Assembly (NCBI GenBank): GCA_041917215.1 | Contig: JAYRYC010000001.1 | Location: 905,605-969,604, forward strand | Direction: 5' to 3' | DNA length: 64,000 bases | DNA from: Tagaea sp. | Lineage (GTDB): Bacteria; Pseudomonadota; Alphaproteobacteria; CACIAM-22H2 | Part shown: piece by piece, positions 1 through 11,076 of the stretch | Position numbering within the stretch: position 1 is the first letter of the stretch | How the letters are laid out: each line of letters starts with the position of its first letter | The notes under the pieces: generated by a model | The model's database searches: none | What the model was told of the DNA's origin: nothing | The model's input: the letters and a program-made list of their open reading frames with translations, nothing else | Made by a program: the position numbers and the translations under genes

Positions 1-551
1 CGCTGACCTCGCGCTTGTGCCACATCAAGCCGGGCGACAAGGTTTTGGTCGGCCGCAAGGCGACCGGCACGCTGCTGATCGACAACCTGGAACCGGGCCG
101 CAATCTCTATCTCGTCGGCACGGGCACGGGTTTGGCGCCGTTCATGAGCATCGTGCGCGATCCCGAAACCTACGAGCGTTTCGAGAAAGTCGTGCTGATG
201 CATGGCTGCCGCGAAGTTGCCGAACTCGCCTATGCGGACTATCTCGAAAAGGAACTGCCCAACCACGAGCTGATCGGCGAAATGGTGCGCGACAAGCTGC
301 TCTATTTCCCGACCGTTACGCGCGAAGGCTTCCGCAACCAAGGCCGCGTCACCGATCTGATCGAGCAGGGCGAAGTCGAGAAGAAGCTGGGCTTGCCCAA
401 GCTCGACGCCGCCCATGATCGCGCGATGATCTGCGGCAGCCCGGCCTTGCTGGCCGATTTCGTCGCGATCCTGAAGGGCCGCGGTTTCGTCGAAGGGAAT
501 TCGTCGAAGCCGGGAACGTACGTCGTCGAACGCGCCTTCGTCGAAAAGTAA
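1..551 (+). CDS. fpr: ferredoxin--NADP(+) reductase, C-terminal part (5' end truncated by window edge)
   Basis: ORF 15..551 carries the LYLVGTGTGLAPFMS NAD(P)-binding motif and an ...ERAFVEK C-terminus typical of bacterial Fpr. No start codon is present in the window. Confidence 0.75.
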   Translation, partial: LTSRLCHIKPGDKVLVGRKATGTLLIDNLEPGRNLYLVGTGTGLAPFMSIVRDPETYERFEKVVLMHGCREVAELAYADYLEKELPNHELIGEMVRDKLLYFPTVTREGFRNQGRVTDLIEQGEVEKKLGLPKLDAAHDRAMICGSPALLADFVAILKGRGFVEGNSSKPGTYVVERAFVEK

Positions 552-589
552 CGAAATCCCCCCTCCATCCTCCCAAGGAGAATAGAGAT

Positions 590-1807
590 ATGACCCTCAA
601 GCGACGCGAACTTCTGGCGGGTACCGCCGCGGCGGGCGTCCTGCTTGGTTCGCCCACGATCCTGCGCGCCCAAAACGCGCCGATCCGGATCGGCGAAATC
701 AATTCCTATTCCACGCAAGCGGCCTTCCTCGGCCCCTATCGCAACGGCTGGAACCTGGCGCTCGAGGAAGCCAACGCGTCGGGCGGCATCGAAGGCCGCC
801 GTCTCGAAGCGCTGTTCCGCGACGACGCCGGTAAACCCGAGGACGCCGTGCGCCATGCGGGCGAACTCGTCGCGGCCGAGAAGGTCGATCTGCTCGCCGG
901 CGGCTATCTTTCCAATATCGGCCTCGCCATCGCGGGCTACGCCAAGCAGAACAAGAAGCTCTATGTCGCGTCCGAACCGCTGACCGACGCGATCGTGTGG
1001 AGCCAGGGCAACCGCTACACGTTCCGCCTGCGCCCCTCGACCTATATGCAGGCGGCGATGCTGGTCGAAGAAGCGGCGAAGCTGCCGATCACGCGCTGGG
1101 CGACGATCGCCCCCAACTACGAATACGGCCAGTCGGCGGTGAAGTGGTTCAAGGAACTGCTCGCCCGGAAGAAGCCCGGCGTGCAATTCGTGGCCGAGCA
1201 ATTCCCGGCTTTGGGCCGTATCGATGCGGGCGCCACGGCGCAGGCGATCGCCGCGGCGAATCCGGAAGGCATTTTCAACGTCACCTTCGGTGCGGATCTC
1301 GCCAATCTCGTGCGCCAGGGCAATACGCGCGGGCTGTTCGAACGCCGCGCGGTCGCGTCGATGCTGACGGGCGAGCCCGAATATCTCGACCCGCTGGCCG
1401 ACGAAGCGCCGGAAGGCTGGATCGTCACCGGCTATCCCTGGGATCAGGTGAACACGCCCAACCACGTGAAGTTCCGCGAGGCTTATCGCCGGCGCTTCAA
1501 CGATTACCCGCGCCTCGGCTCGGTCGTCGGTTACGACACGGTCAACGCCATCGTCACGATGCTGCGCCAAAGCCGCACGGTCGACACCGAAAAGATGGTC
1601 GACGCGATGGAAGGCTTGAAGTTCCAAAGCGCGTTCGGCGACGTCGAATTCCGTAAGATCGACCACCAGGCCACGCTCGGCGCCTTCGTCGGCAAGACGA
1701 AGCTGGTGAACGGCAAGGGCACGATGGTCGATTGGCGCTATGCCGACGGCAAGGACTACCTGCCTTCCGACGCGGAAGTCGCGGCGATGCGGCCCAAGGA
1801 CGCCTGA
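590..1807 (+). CDS. branched-chain amino acid ABC transporter substrate-binding protein (LivK/LivJ family)
   Basis: 405 aa with a signal peptide (LLAGTAAAGVLLGSPTILRAQ) followed by a periplasmic-binding-protein type I fold (IRIGEINSYS...). An RBS (GGAGAATAGAG) precedes the ATG. First gene of a liv-type operon. Confidence 0.85.
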   Translation: MTLKRRELLAGTAAAGVLLGSPTILRAQNAPIRIGEINSYSTQAAFLGPYRNGWNLALEEANASGGIEGRRLEALFRDDAGKPEDAVRHAGELVAAEKVDLLAGGYLSNIGLAIAGYAKQNKKLYVASEPLTDAIVWSQGNRYTFRLRPSTYMQAAMLVEEAAKLPITRWATIAPNYEYGQSAVKWFKELLARKKPGVQFVAEQFPALGRIDAGATAQAIAAANPEGIFNVTFGADLANLVRQGNTRGLFERRAVASMLTGEPEYLDPLADEAPEGWIVTGYPWDQVNTPNHVKFREAYRRRFNDYPRLGSVVGYDTVNAIVTMLRQSRTVDTEKMVDAMEGLKFQSAFGDVEFRKIDHQATLGAFVGKTKLVNGKGTMVDWRYADGKDYLPSDAEVAAMRPKDA

Positions 1808-1829
1808 TCGACCTTTTCCGGACGCGGCG

Positions 1830-3704
1830 ATGTCCGCGCTCGTCGTCCAGTTCCTGAACGGGCTCGCCAGCGCGTCCGCGCTGTTCCTGGTCGCGTGCGG
1901 CTTGTCGATCATTTTCGGCGTCAGCCGGATCGTCAATTTCGCGCATGGCTCGTTCTACATGCTGGGCGCCTATCTCGCCTGGACGTTGACGCGCGGGCTG
2001 GGCTGGGTCGGCTACGGCCCGCTCGGCTTCTGGGGCGGCATTCTCGTCGCCGCACTGATCGTCGGGCTGATCGGCGTATTGATCGAATTGGTTCTGCTCC
2101 GGCGCATCTATCAAGCGCCGGAGCTGTTCCAATTGCTCGCGACCTTCGGCGTGGTGCTCGTCGTTCAAGACGTGACGATGGCGATCTGGGGCGCCCAGGA
2201 TCTGCTCGGTCCCCGCGCGCCCGGTTTGCGCGGCGCCATCGACGTGATGGGCCAGCGTTTCCCCCAATACGACGCGCTGCTGATCCTGATCGGTCCCGCC
2301 GTGCTGGGGCTGCTGTGGCTGCTGTTCAACCGCACGCGCTGGGGCACGCTGGTGCGCGCGGCGACGGCGGATCGCGAGATGGTCGCGGCCTTGGGCGTCG
2401 ATCAGCGCAAGCTGTTCACGTCGGTCTTCTTCCTCGGCACGTTCTTGGCGGCGTTGGGCGGCGGGCTGCAATTGCCGCGCGAGCCCGTACAGCTCCATAT
2501 GGATATGGCGATCATCGCCGACGCCTTCGTCGTCGTGGTCGTGGGCGGCATGGGCAGCGTGGGCGGCGCCTATCTCGCCGCGTTGCTGATCGCGCAATTG
2601 CAGGCCTTCATGCTGCTGGTCCCGGATTTTGAAATCGCGGGGCTGACCATTTCCATCGCCAAGATGACGCTGATCCCCAGCTTCCTGGTCATGGCGGTGG
2701 TGCTGATCGCGCGGCCCTATGGCTTGCTGGGTAAGGCGCCGAGCCACCCGCGCAACGCCGCGAGCGTCGAGCCCGTGGTGCGCGCGACACCGCCGATCCT
2801 CGCGAAACTCGGCTTCGCCAGCGTGGCCGCGATGATCCTGCTGCCGCTGATCGCCGACGAATACGGGTTGATGGTCGCGACCGAAATCCTGATCTTCGTG
2901 CTGATGGCGGCGAGCCTCCATTTCATGATGGGCCCGGGCGGCATGGCGTCGTTCGGCCACGCCGCCTATTTCGGCCTCGGCGCTTATGGGGCCGCGCTCG
3001 CCGCCAAGCATTTCGATGCGCCGATGGAAGCGGGGCTGGTCGCGGGGCCCGTGCTGGCCGCCCTCGGCGGCATTCTGTTCGGCTGGTTCTGCGTGCGGCT
3101 TTCGGGCGTCTATCTCGCGATGCTCACGCTTGCCTTCGCGCAGATCGTGTGGTCGATCGCCTTCCAATGGGTCGCGGTCACCGGCGGCGATAACGGCGTG
3201 CTGGGCGTGTGGCCGTCGATCGGCAAGACCGGATTTTTCTATCTGAGTCTCGCGTTTGCCGTGATCGGCGTATTGCTGCTGCGCCGCGCGATCTATTCGC
3301 CCTTCGGCTACGCGCTGCGGGGCGCGCGCGATTCCGCTTTGCGCGCCGATGCGATCGGCATCGACGTGAAGCGCGTGCAATGGACGGCCTTCGCCATCGC
3401 CGCAAGCTTCGCGGGGCTTGCGGGCGCGTCGTTCGCGTATTTCAAGGGCAGCGTCTTCCCGACCTATGCCGCGATCCCCAAATCGGTCGATGCGCTGATG
3501 ATGGTGCTGCTGGGCGGCGTGCAGACGATCTCCGGCCCATTGGTCGGGGCCGTCGTCTATATGGGCCTGCACGAACAGCTCGTGCGCGTGACCGAGCTGT
3601 GGCGCCTTGTGCTGGGGCTCGCGATCATCGCGCTGGTGCTCGCCTTCCCGCAAGGGATCGCCGGGTTCGTCGCCAAACGCTGGGCGAAGGCGGAGGACGC
3701 ATGA
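1830..3704 (+). CDS. fused branched-chain amino acid ABC transporter permease (LivH-like N half plus LivM-like C half)
   Basis: Internal ATG at 1830 (MSALVVQFLNGL...). The N half has the LivH signature (IVNFAHGSFYMLGAY). The C half has LivM-like topology (many TM segments, GAYGAALAAKHF...). 625 aa is about one LivH plus one LivM. Confidence 0.8.
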   Translation: MSALVVQFLNGLASASALFLVACGLSIIFGVSRIVNFAHGSFYMLGAYLAWTLTRGLGWVGYGPLGFWGGILVAALIVGLIGVLIELVLLRRIYQAPELFQLLATFGVVLVVQDVTMAIWGAQDLLGPRAPGLRGAIDVMGQRFPQYDALLILIGPAVLGLLWLLFNRTRWGTLVRAATADREMVAALGVDQRKLFTSVFFLGTFLAALGGGLQLPREPVQLHMDMAIIADAFVVVVVGGMGSVGGAYLAALLIAQLQAFMLLVPDFEIAGLTISIAKMTLIPSFLVMAVVLIARPYGLLGKAPSHPRNAASVEPVVRATPPILAKLGFASVAAMILLPLIADEYGLMVATEILIFVLMAASLHFMMGPGGMASFGHAAYFGLGAYGAALAAKHFDAPMEAGLVAGPVLAALGGILFGWFCVRLSGVYLAMLTLAFAQIVWSIAFQWVAVTGGDNGVLGVWPSIGKTGFFYLSLAFAVIGVLLLRRAIYSPFGYALRGARDSALRADAIGIDVKRVQWTAFAIAASFAGLAGASFAYFKGSVFPTYAAIPKSVDALMMVLLGGVQTISGPLVGAVVYMGLHEQLVRVTELWRLVLGLAIIALVLAFPQGIAGFVAKRWAKAEDA

Positions 3705-4459
3705 GCGTGCTGTCCGTGCGCGGTTTGCGCAAAGCCTTCGGCGGTGTCGAAGCCGTCGCCGGTGTCGATTTCGACGTCGCCGCCGGCGAAATGCTGGCGC
3801 TGATCGGCCCCAACGGGGCGGGCAAAACGACCTGCTTCAACATGCTGATGGGCCAGTTGACGCCCGATGCGGGCAGCGTATCGCTCGACGGTGCGGATAT
3901 CACCCGCTTGCCACCGCGCGAAATCTGGCGGCGCGGCGTCGGTCGCACGTTCCAGATCACCGCGACCTTCGCTTCGATGACCGTGGCGGAGAATGTGCAA
4001 ACGGCGCTGATGTCGCATCGCGGCGATCTCGGCCGGTTCTTCGCGCGCGCGACGGCGCTGCATAAAGACGAAGCCGTCGCCTTGCTCGATCAAGTCGGCA
4101 TGGCGGATCAGTGCGACCGCGCCTGCGGCGTTCTCGCCTATGGCGACTTGAAGCGCGTCGAACTTGCGGTGGCGTTGGCCAACGCGCCGCGCTTGTTGCT
4201 GATGGACGAGCCCACGGCCGGCATGGCGCCCCAGGAACGCGTCGCGCTGATGGCGTTGACCGCCAAGCTCGCGCGTGCGCGGAACATCGCGGTGCTGTTC
4301 ACCGAACACGATATGGATGTCGTGTTCGGCCAGGCCGATCGCGTGATCGTGCTCAATCGCGGCAAACTGATCGCCCAAGGCACGCCCGCCGAGGTTCGCG
4401 CGCATAAGGCCGTGCGCGAGGTCTATCTCGGCGGCGGTGCCGTGTCGGGGGGGCATTGA
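3701..4459 (+). CDS. ABC transporter ATP-binding protein (LivG-like)
   Basis: Start MSVLSVRGLRKAFGG. Walker A motif [13 protein letters not shown] overlap with the permease stop. Confidence 0.85.
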   Translation: MSVLSVRGLRKAFGGVEAVAGVDFDVAAGEMLALIGPNGAGKTTCFNMLMGQLTPDAGSVSLDGADITRLPPREIWRRGVGRTFQITATFASMTVAENVQTALMSHRGDLGRFFARATALHKDEAVALLDQVGMADQCDRACGVLAYGDLKRVELAVALANAPRLLLMDEPTAGMAPQERVALMALTAKLARARNIAVLFTEHDMDVVFGQADRVIVLNRGKLIAQGTPAEVRAHKAVREVYLGGGAVSGGH

Positions 4460-5160
4460 TGCTGCGCGTCGAAGGTCTCCACACCTATTACGGCAGCGCG
4501 CATATTCTGGCGGATGTGTCGCTCGACGCGGCGAAGGGCGAGATCGTCGTGCTGCTGGGCCGCAACGGGGCGGGCAAGTCGACGACGCTCAAATCCATCA
4601 TGGGATTGGTCCCGGTGGCGCAAGGTTCGATCCGATTTCTGGATCGCGAGATCGCAGGCTTGCCGCCGCACGAAATCGCGCGCATGGGTCTCGGCTACGT
4701 GCCCGAGGATCGGCGCGTCTTCGCCGATTTGACGGTCATGGAAAATCTCGACGTCGGCCGCCAGCCGCCGCGCGACGACGCCCCCGCGTGGACGCCCGAG
4801 AAGCTCTTCGCGATTTTTCCGAACCTCGCCGAGATGCGCAATCGCCCCGGCGGAAGGATGAGCGGCGGCGAACAGCAAATGCTGACCATCGCGCGCACGC
4901 TGATGGGCAATCCGCGCGCGATCCTGCTCGACGAACCGTCGGAAGGGTTGGCGCCGGTGATCGTCGAACAAATGGCGCGCACGATCCAGGCGTTGAAAGC
5001 GGAAGGGCTGACGGTCGTGCTGTCCGAACAGAATCTCCACTTCGCGACGATGGTCGCCGACCGCGCCTATATCGTCGAGAAGGGCCGCATCCGCTATTCC
5101 GGCACGATGGCGGCCCTGGCGGCGGACGAAGCGATTCGGCTCCAATATCTCAGCGTTTGA
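4456..5160 (+). CDS. ABC transporter ATP-binding protein (LivF-like)
   Basis: MMLRVEGLHTYYGSAHIL.., Walker A GRNGAGKST, signature SGGEQQML. Overlaps the livG-like stop by 4 nt. Confidence 0.85.
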   Translation: MMLRVEGLHTYYGSAHILADVSLDAAKGEIVVLLGRNGAGKSTTLKSIMGLVPVAQGSIRFLDREIAGLPPHEIARMGLGYVPEDRRVFADLTVMENLDVGRQPPRDDAPAWTPEKLFAIFPNLAEMRNRPGGRMSGGEQQMLTIARTLMGNPRAILLDEPSEGLAPVIVEQMARTIQALKAEGLTVVLSEQNLHFATMVADRAYIVEKGRIRYSGTMAALAADEAIRLQYLSV

Positions 5161-5668
5161 GTTCCAGCGCCGCTTCGACGGCTTTCATCAAAGCACGCAG
5201 CCCCTCCGCCAGTTCGGTGCGCGATTTGGCGCCGAACCCCTCCAGCAATCGCGCCTCGAATTCAAGATCGTCGCGATAGGCCGCCTCGACCGCGCGTCGG
5301 CCTTTCTCGGTCAGTTCGGCCGCCAGCACGCGGCCGTCGTGCTCGTCTGGCACCCGGCGCACGAAGCCCGCGCGTTCGAGCCGCCCGAGGCGATGCGTGA
5401 GGCTGCCGGAAGCGACGAGCAGCGCCGCGTAGAGGTCGGTCGGCGTCAGCCGGAAGGGCGGACCGTGGCGGCGCAGGGTCGCCAGCACGTCGAACTCGCC
5501 GCGATCGAGTCCGTGGCGCGCGAGGGCCGCTTCGATCCCCGGCGCGATCAGGCGCGAAAGCCGGTGGATGCGCCCGAAGATTTCAACCGGCGATGTGTCG
5601 AGATCGGGCCGCGCCGCGCGCCATTGGGCACGAAGCCTGTCGACGTGATCGGTTTCGGCTTTTCCCAT
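5150..5668 (-). CDS. MarR family transcriptional regulator
   Basis: Winged-helix MarR core (FDVLATLRRHGPPFRLTPTDLYAALLVASGSLTHRLGRLERAGFVRRVPDEHDGRVLAAELTEKGR). Divergent from an EamA transporter. Confidence 0.8.
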   Translation of the reverse strand: MGKAETDHVDRLRAQWRAARPDLDTSPVEIFGRIHRLSRLIAPGIEAALARHGLDRGEFDVLATLRRHGPPFRLTPTDLYAALLVASGSLTHRLGRLERAGFVRRVPDEHDGRVLAAELTEKGRRAVEAAYRDDLEFEARLLEGFGAKSRTELAEGLRALMKAVEAALELKR

Positions 5669-5688
5669 CCGGCCCTCCGGCACGCGGA

Positions 5689-5744
5689 ATATCTTGACAT
5701 GAAGATATTATTGCCACAGATATCTTTACGTCAAGATATTTGGG
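5689..5744. promoter_or_regulatory. imperfect inverted repeat (TTGACATGAAGATAT ... ATATCTTTACGTCAA) in the MarR/EamA divergent intergenic region; putative MarR operator overlapping -35-like TTGAC elements
   Basis: Seen directly in the sequence. AT-rich palindromic pair between divergent genes. Confidence 0.45.
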
Positions 5745-5752
5745 GGAAGCGC

Positions 5753-6682
5753 ATGTCGTCGAAGGACGCGCCCGGCGGCGGATTGGTCGCGCAGATGCTG
5801 CTGTGCTCCTTCTTGTGGGCAAGCGCGTTCCTGTTGCTGAAGGTCGCGGGCACCAGCTTGTCGCCGCTCGCCTTGGCGGCGTTGCGCGGCGTGATGGGGG
5901 CGGGCTTGCTCGCCGCGTGGCTGAAGCTGCAGCGCATTTCCGTCGTACCGCGCGGGCGCGAATGGCGCGACTGGGCGGTGCTGGGCCTGCTGCAGGGCGT
6001 GATCCCCAACGCGCTCACCGTCTATGCGCTGATACAAATCTCTGCCGGCCTCGCGTCGATGATCCAGGCGACCACGCCCTTGATCGTTGCGGTGTTGGCC
6101 CAGGCGCTGTTCGCCGACGAGAAATTGACGGCGCGGCGCGCGCGCGGCCTTGCCGTCGGTTTCGCAGGCATGACGCTGCTGGTTGGTCCGGCGGCGTTCG
6201 ACGGCGGGCCGGTCGACGGGATGGGCGTCGCGGCGATGGTCGTCGTCGCGGTCAGCTACGCGCTGGGCAACGTCTATGTCCGCGCCGTGCCGTCGCCCGA
6301 CCCGCTGCGTTTGGCGTTCGGCCAGCAATTCTTTTCCGGCGTGCCGACATTTCTATGCGTAATGCTGATCGCGGGGCCGGCGGCTTTCGCGGGCGTGGCG
6401 GATTCGCTGCCGGTCTTGGCGATGCTGGGCATTTTCGGCACCGCCATGCCGATCGTACTTTATATGCGCATCTTGCGGCGTGCCGGCCCGACGATCGGCT
6501 CGATGAACGGTTATTTCCTGCCGCCCTGGACGATCCTGCTCGGCTTCGTGCTGCTGGGCGAGACGATCAGCCTGCGCGAAATCGCGGCGACCGCGATCGT
6601 GCTGACCGGGGTGGCGATGGTCACCGCCGGGCCCAAGCCGCTCGCGCGCGTCGCGGCGTTTATCGCCAGCCGGCGCGTTTAA
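5753..6682 (+). CDS. EamA/DMT family transporter
   Basis: About 10 TM helices in two EamA-like halves. Start placed at MSSKDAPGG, after the long upstream GC-artefact extension. Confidence 0.7.
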   Translation: MSSKDAPGGGLVAQMLLCSFLWASAFLLLKVAGTSLSPLALAALRGVMGAGLLAAWLKLQRISVVPRGREWRDWAVLGLLQGVIPNALTVYALIQISAGLASMIQATTPLIVAVLAQALFADEKLTARRARGLAVGFAGMTLLVGPAAFDGGPVDGMGVAAMVVVAVSYALGNVYVRAVPSPDPLRLAFGQQFFSGVPTFLCVMLIAGPAAFAGVADSLPVLAMLGIFGTAMPIVLYMRILRRAGPTIGSMNGYFLPPWTILLGFVLLGETISLREIAATAIVLTGVAMVTAGPKPLARVAAFIASRRV

Positions 6683-6685
6683 AGA

Positions 6686-7528
6686 TCACGTCGCCAGCGG
6701 ATAAAGGTCGCCGCGCCGGTCCTGCCAGGTTTTGACCGAGCCGCCGGCGCGCGCGCGGGCGAGCGCTTCCATATCGAAATCGCCGCACACGACTTGATCG
6801 TCGTTCATCTCGCCCTCGGCCAGCACGCCGCCGGGCGGATAGGGGTAGTCGCAGGGCGTGTGCAGCGAGGCGCGGCCGTAATTGGCGCGCATCAACGGCA
6901 CGCTGGGCAGCGAGCCCGTGGTCATCGACAGCGCCACGTAAATCTGGTTCTCGATCGCGCGCGCGGCCGCGCACAGGCGCACGCGGTGATAGCCATGCGC
7001 GTCGTCGGTGCAGCTGGGGACGAGCAGAATATCCGCCCCGCGCGCGCGGGCTTGGCGCGCCAGTTCGGGGAATTCGATGTCGTAGCAAACCGGCATCGCG
7101 GCGCGCGCGAAGCCCAGATCGACGATCTTCAAGCCGTCGCCGGGTTTGAGATTCCACGGCGTGACTTCGCACGGCGTCAGGTGGTTCTTCGCTTGGCGTT
7201 CGATCCGCCCGTCGGGGAAGAACAGATGCGCGGTGTTGCGCAAGGCGTTGCCGTCGGACACCAGATGCGTGCCGGCGAGCACGGGGATCGCGTGGCGCGC
7301 GCTTAAGCCTTTGAACAATTCTTCGTAGGCTTGCGTCGCCTGCGGCAGGGTTTCGATGCCGCCGGCCCCGGGCACGGTCAGCAATTCGAAGCTGAGATAT
7401 TCGGGCATCACCAGCAGCTTCGCGCCGAACTCGGCGGCGGACGCGACATGCGTTTCGACGCGCCGCGCGAACTCGCCGAACGACGCGACGGACTGGAAGC
7501 GATACTGGGACGCGGCGATGCGGATCAA
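6686..7528 (-). CDS. carbon-nitrogen hydrolase (nitrilase superfamily) protein
   Basis: Catalytic E-K-C arrangement: MPEYL (Glu), KNHL (Lys), PVCYDIEFPE (Cys). 280 aa. Confidence 0.8.
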   Translation of the reverse strand: MIRIAASQYRFQSVASFGEFARRVETHVASAAEFGAKLLVMPEYLSFELLTVPGAGGIETLPQATQAYEELFKGLSARHAIPVLAGTHLVSDGNALRNTAHLFFPDGRIERQAKNHLTPCEVTPWNLKPGDGLKIVDLGFARAAMPVCYDIEFPELARQARARGADILLVPSCTDDAHGYHRVRLCAAARAIENQIYVALSMTTGSLPSVPLMRANYGRASLHTPCDYPYPPGGVLAEGEMNDDQVVCGDFDMEALARARAGGSVKTWQDRRGDLYPLAT

Positions 7529-7571
7529 CGACTCTCTCCGGCTTGTGTGGGGCCGGAGTGTCGCCGCCCGC

Positions 7572-7835
7572 TTAGTGCAGCGTCAACAGCGCGGCGTTGG
7601 CGTGGAACTCGGCGGGCTTGATCAGCCCGGCGGACGCCACGCGCACTTGATAGAGCTTGCCCTCGATCTCGCGCTCCCAGAAATCGAGGAACTTGCGCAA
7701 GACCGGGAATTGCGGCGCGAGGTCGAGATCCTGCCAAAGATAGCTCTGCAACACGGCGGGATGATCGGGCAGGCGGTAAAGGATTTCCGCCGTGGTCAGG
7801 CGGTAGTCGGCAAGTTGTTTGGCGAAATCGGACAT
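7572..7835 (-). CDS. usg: Usg family protein
   Basis: MSDFAKQLADYRLTTAEILYRLPDHP...SYLWQDLDLAP..FLDFW pattern of the small alphaproteobacterial Usg family. Start trimmed to the internal Met. Confidence 0.6.
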   Translation of the reverse strand: MSDFAKQLADYRLTTAEILYRLPDHPAVLQSYLWQDLDLAPQFPVLRKFLDFWEREIEGKLYQVRVASAGLIKPAEFHANAALLTLH

Positions 7836-7993
7836 TGCGCGAAGCCTCCTTTCCAATCGGTCCCGTAGAAACGGGACGCCCTTATTCTGAAGCAAAGCGC
7901 ACGCCAAAATTCAACAATTTCAACATGTTAGCAGCGTGCAAAAGCGAGTGCTGCCAATCCCCTTGAAGCCGGATTTCGGATTTCCTATGTGGC

Positions 7994-8018
7994 TGGCACT
8001 CGGGCTTCCCGAGTGCCA
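7994..8018. promoter_or_regulatory. CIRCE-like HrcA operator (TGGCACTC-N9-GAGTGCCA) upstream of groES; a second, degenerate copy (TTAGCAgcg-N9-GAGTGCTg) lies at ~7928-7955
   Basis: Perfect 8-bp inverted arms with a 9-bp spacer, matching the CIRCE architecture TTAGCACTC-N9-GAGTGCTAA. Position is immediately 5' of groES. Confidence 0.7.
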
Positions 8019-8040
8019 ATTCCAAGAGGGAGTCACGCTG

Positions 8041-8361
8041 ATGAAGTTCAAACCGCTGCATGACCGCGTCCTGGTCCGTCGGATCGACGAGGAAGCCAAG
8101 ACCGCGGGCGGCATCATCATTCCCGACACCGCGAAGGAAAAGCCGTCGCAAGGCGAAGTGATCGCCGTCGGCCCCGGTGCGCGTAACGAGAAGGGCGAGC
8201 TGGTCGCGCCGACCGTGAAGGCGGGCGAGCGCGTGCTGTTCGGCAAATGGTCGGGCACCGAAGTGAAGATCGACGGCGAAGAGCTGTTGATCATGAAGGA
8301 GTCGGACATTCTCGGCATTCTCGAAGGCGTCGCTTCGGCGCCGGCGAAGAAGGCCGCCTAA
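8041..8361 (+). CDS. groES: co-chaperonin GroES
   Basis: [46 protein letters not shown]... is a canonical GroES. Confidence 0.95.
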   Translation: MKFKPLHDRVLVRRIDEEAKTAGGIIIPDTAKEKPSQGEVIAVGPGARNEKGELVAPTVKAGERVLFGKWSGTEVKIDGEELLIMKESDILGILEGVASAPAKKAA

Positions 8362-10011
<1,650 letters not shown>

Positions 10012-10045
10012 GCCCGCCCGCACCACGAAACGCTATGGCACGCGG

Positions 10046-10077
10046 AACCCCCGGGGGCGACCCCGGGGGTTTTTCGT
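10046..10077 (+). terminator. rho-independent terminator after groEL (GC palindrome CCCCCGGGGG..CCCCGGGGG followed by TTTTT)
   Basis: Seen directly in the sequence. A stem-loop plus T-run lies 35 nt after the groEL stop. Confidence 0.7.
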
Positions 10078-10113
10078 TGCGGGCCGCGCGGCGGCGAAAT
10101 AGGGTCCGCCGCC

Positions 10114-11076
10114 ATGCAACCCGTTTTCGACGTCGTCCTGCCGGTCTTCGGCATCATCTTCGCCGGCTATCTGTCCGGCCGCCTGCGTATTCTGGGCGCG
10201 GATAGTTCCGAAGCGCTGAACAAGTTTTGTTATTGGTTCGCCTTGCCGCCGGTGCTGTTCTTGGGGCCCGCGCGCGTGCCGCTCGAGCAGGTGTTCAACT
10301 TGCCCTATATCGCGACCACGATGGGCGGTGTGGCGATCGCGTGGCTGGTCGCGCTGGCCGGATTGCTGCTGTTCTTCCGCGCGAGCCAGGCGCAAACCGC
10401 CTTGGCGCTGTCCTGCGCCACCTTCGCGAATTCCGGTTATATGGGCATTCCGCTGTTCATCGCGGCCTTCGGCGCGTCGAACGCGCTGCCCGCGATCATC
10501 GTGACGGTCGCGTATACGTTGACCCTCGTCGCCGCGACGGTGGTGCTGGTCGAAAGCGGGCTCAGCGGGCAAGGCGGAGCACGTCACGCCTTGGTCAACG
10601 TCGCCAAGGGCCTCGTAAAAAGCCCGCTGGTCGTTCCGCCGCTGCTCGGTCTCGCCTGGAACCTGACCGGCGTGCCCTTGCCCAAGCCCGTGGTCAATTT
10701 CGGCGAATTGCTGGGCGCCGCCGCCGGGCCTTGCGCGCTGTTCGCGATCGGGCTGTTTTTGTCCGGCCGATCCTTGGGAACGCTCGCCGGCGGGCGCAAA
10801 TCGGTCGAAGTCGGCTGGCTCGTTTTCGTGAAGCTGCTGGTGCAGCCGCTCGCGACATGGTGGCTCGCGGCCTATTTCGGGCTCGACCCGTTCTGGACCG
10901 CGTCGGCCGTCATCCTCGCGGCGCTGCCGACGGCCGCTTTGTGCTTCGTGCTGGCCCAGCAATATCGGCTTTATGTCGAGCGCGCGTCGGCGGCGATCCT
11001 CGTCTCGACCGTGCTGTCGGCCGTGACGATCTCGGTCCTTATGGTTCGCTACGGTTCGGTTCCGCCGCCGCATTGA
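10114..11076 (+). CDS. AEC (auxin efflux carrier) family transporter
   Basis: MQPVFDVVLPVFGIIFAGYLSGR.. with a 10-TM AEC/malate-permease-like profile. Confidence 0.75.
   Translation: MQPVFDVVLPVFGIIFAGYLSGRLRILGADSSEALNKFCYWFALPPVLFLGPARVPLEQVFNLPYIATTMGGVAIAWLVALAGLLLFFRASQAQTALALSCATFANSGYMGIPLFIAAFGASNALPAIIVTVAYTLTLVAATVVLVESGLSGQGGARHALVNVAKGLVKSPLVVPPLLGLAWNLTGVPLPKPVVNFGELLGAAAGPCALFAIGLFLSGRSLGTLAGGRKSVEVGWLVFVKLLVQPLATWWLAAYFGLDPFWTASAVILAALPTAALCFVLAQQYRLYVERASAAILVSTVLSAVTISVLMVRYGSVPPPH

Noticed and set aside
1554-3653. 699-aa minus-strand ORF rich in His/Arg/Gln
   Set aside because: It is antisense to the livK / fused permease genes and has no coherent domain structure.
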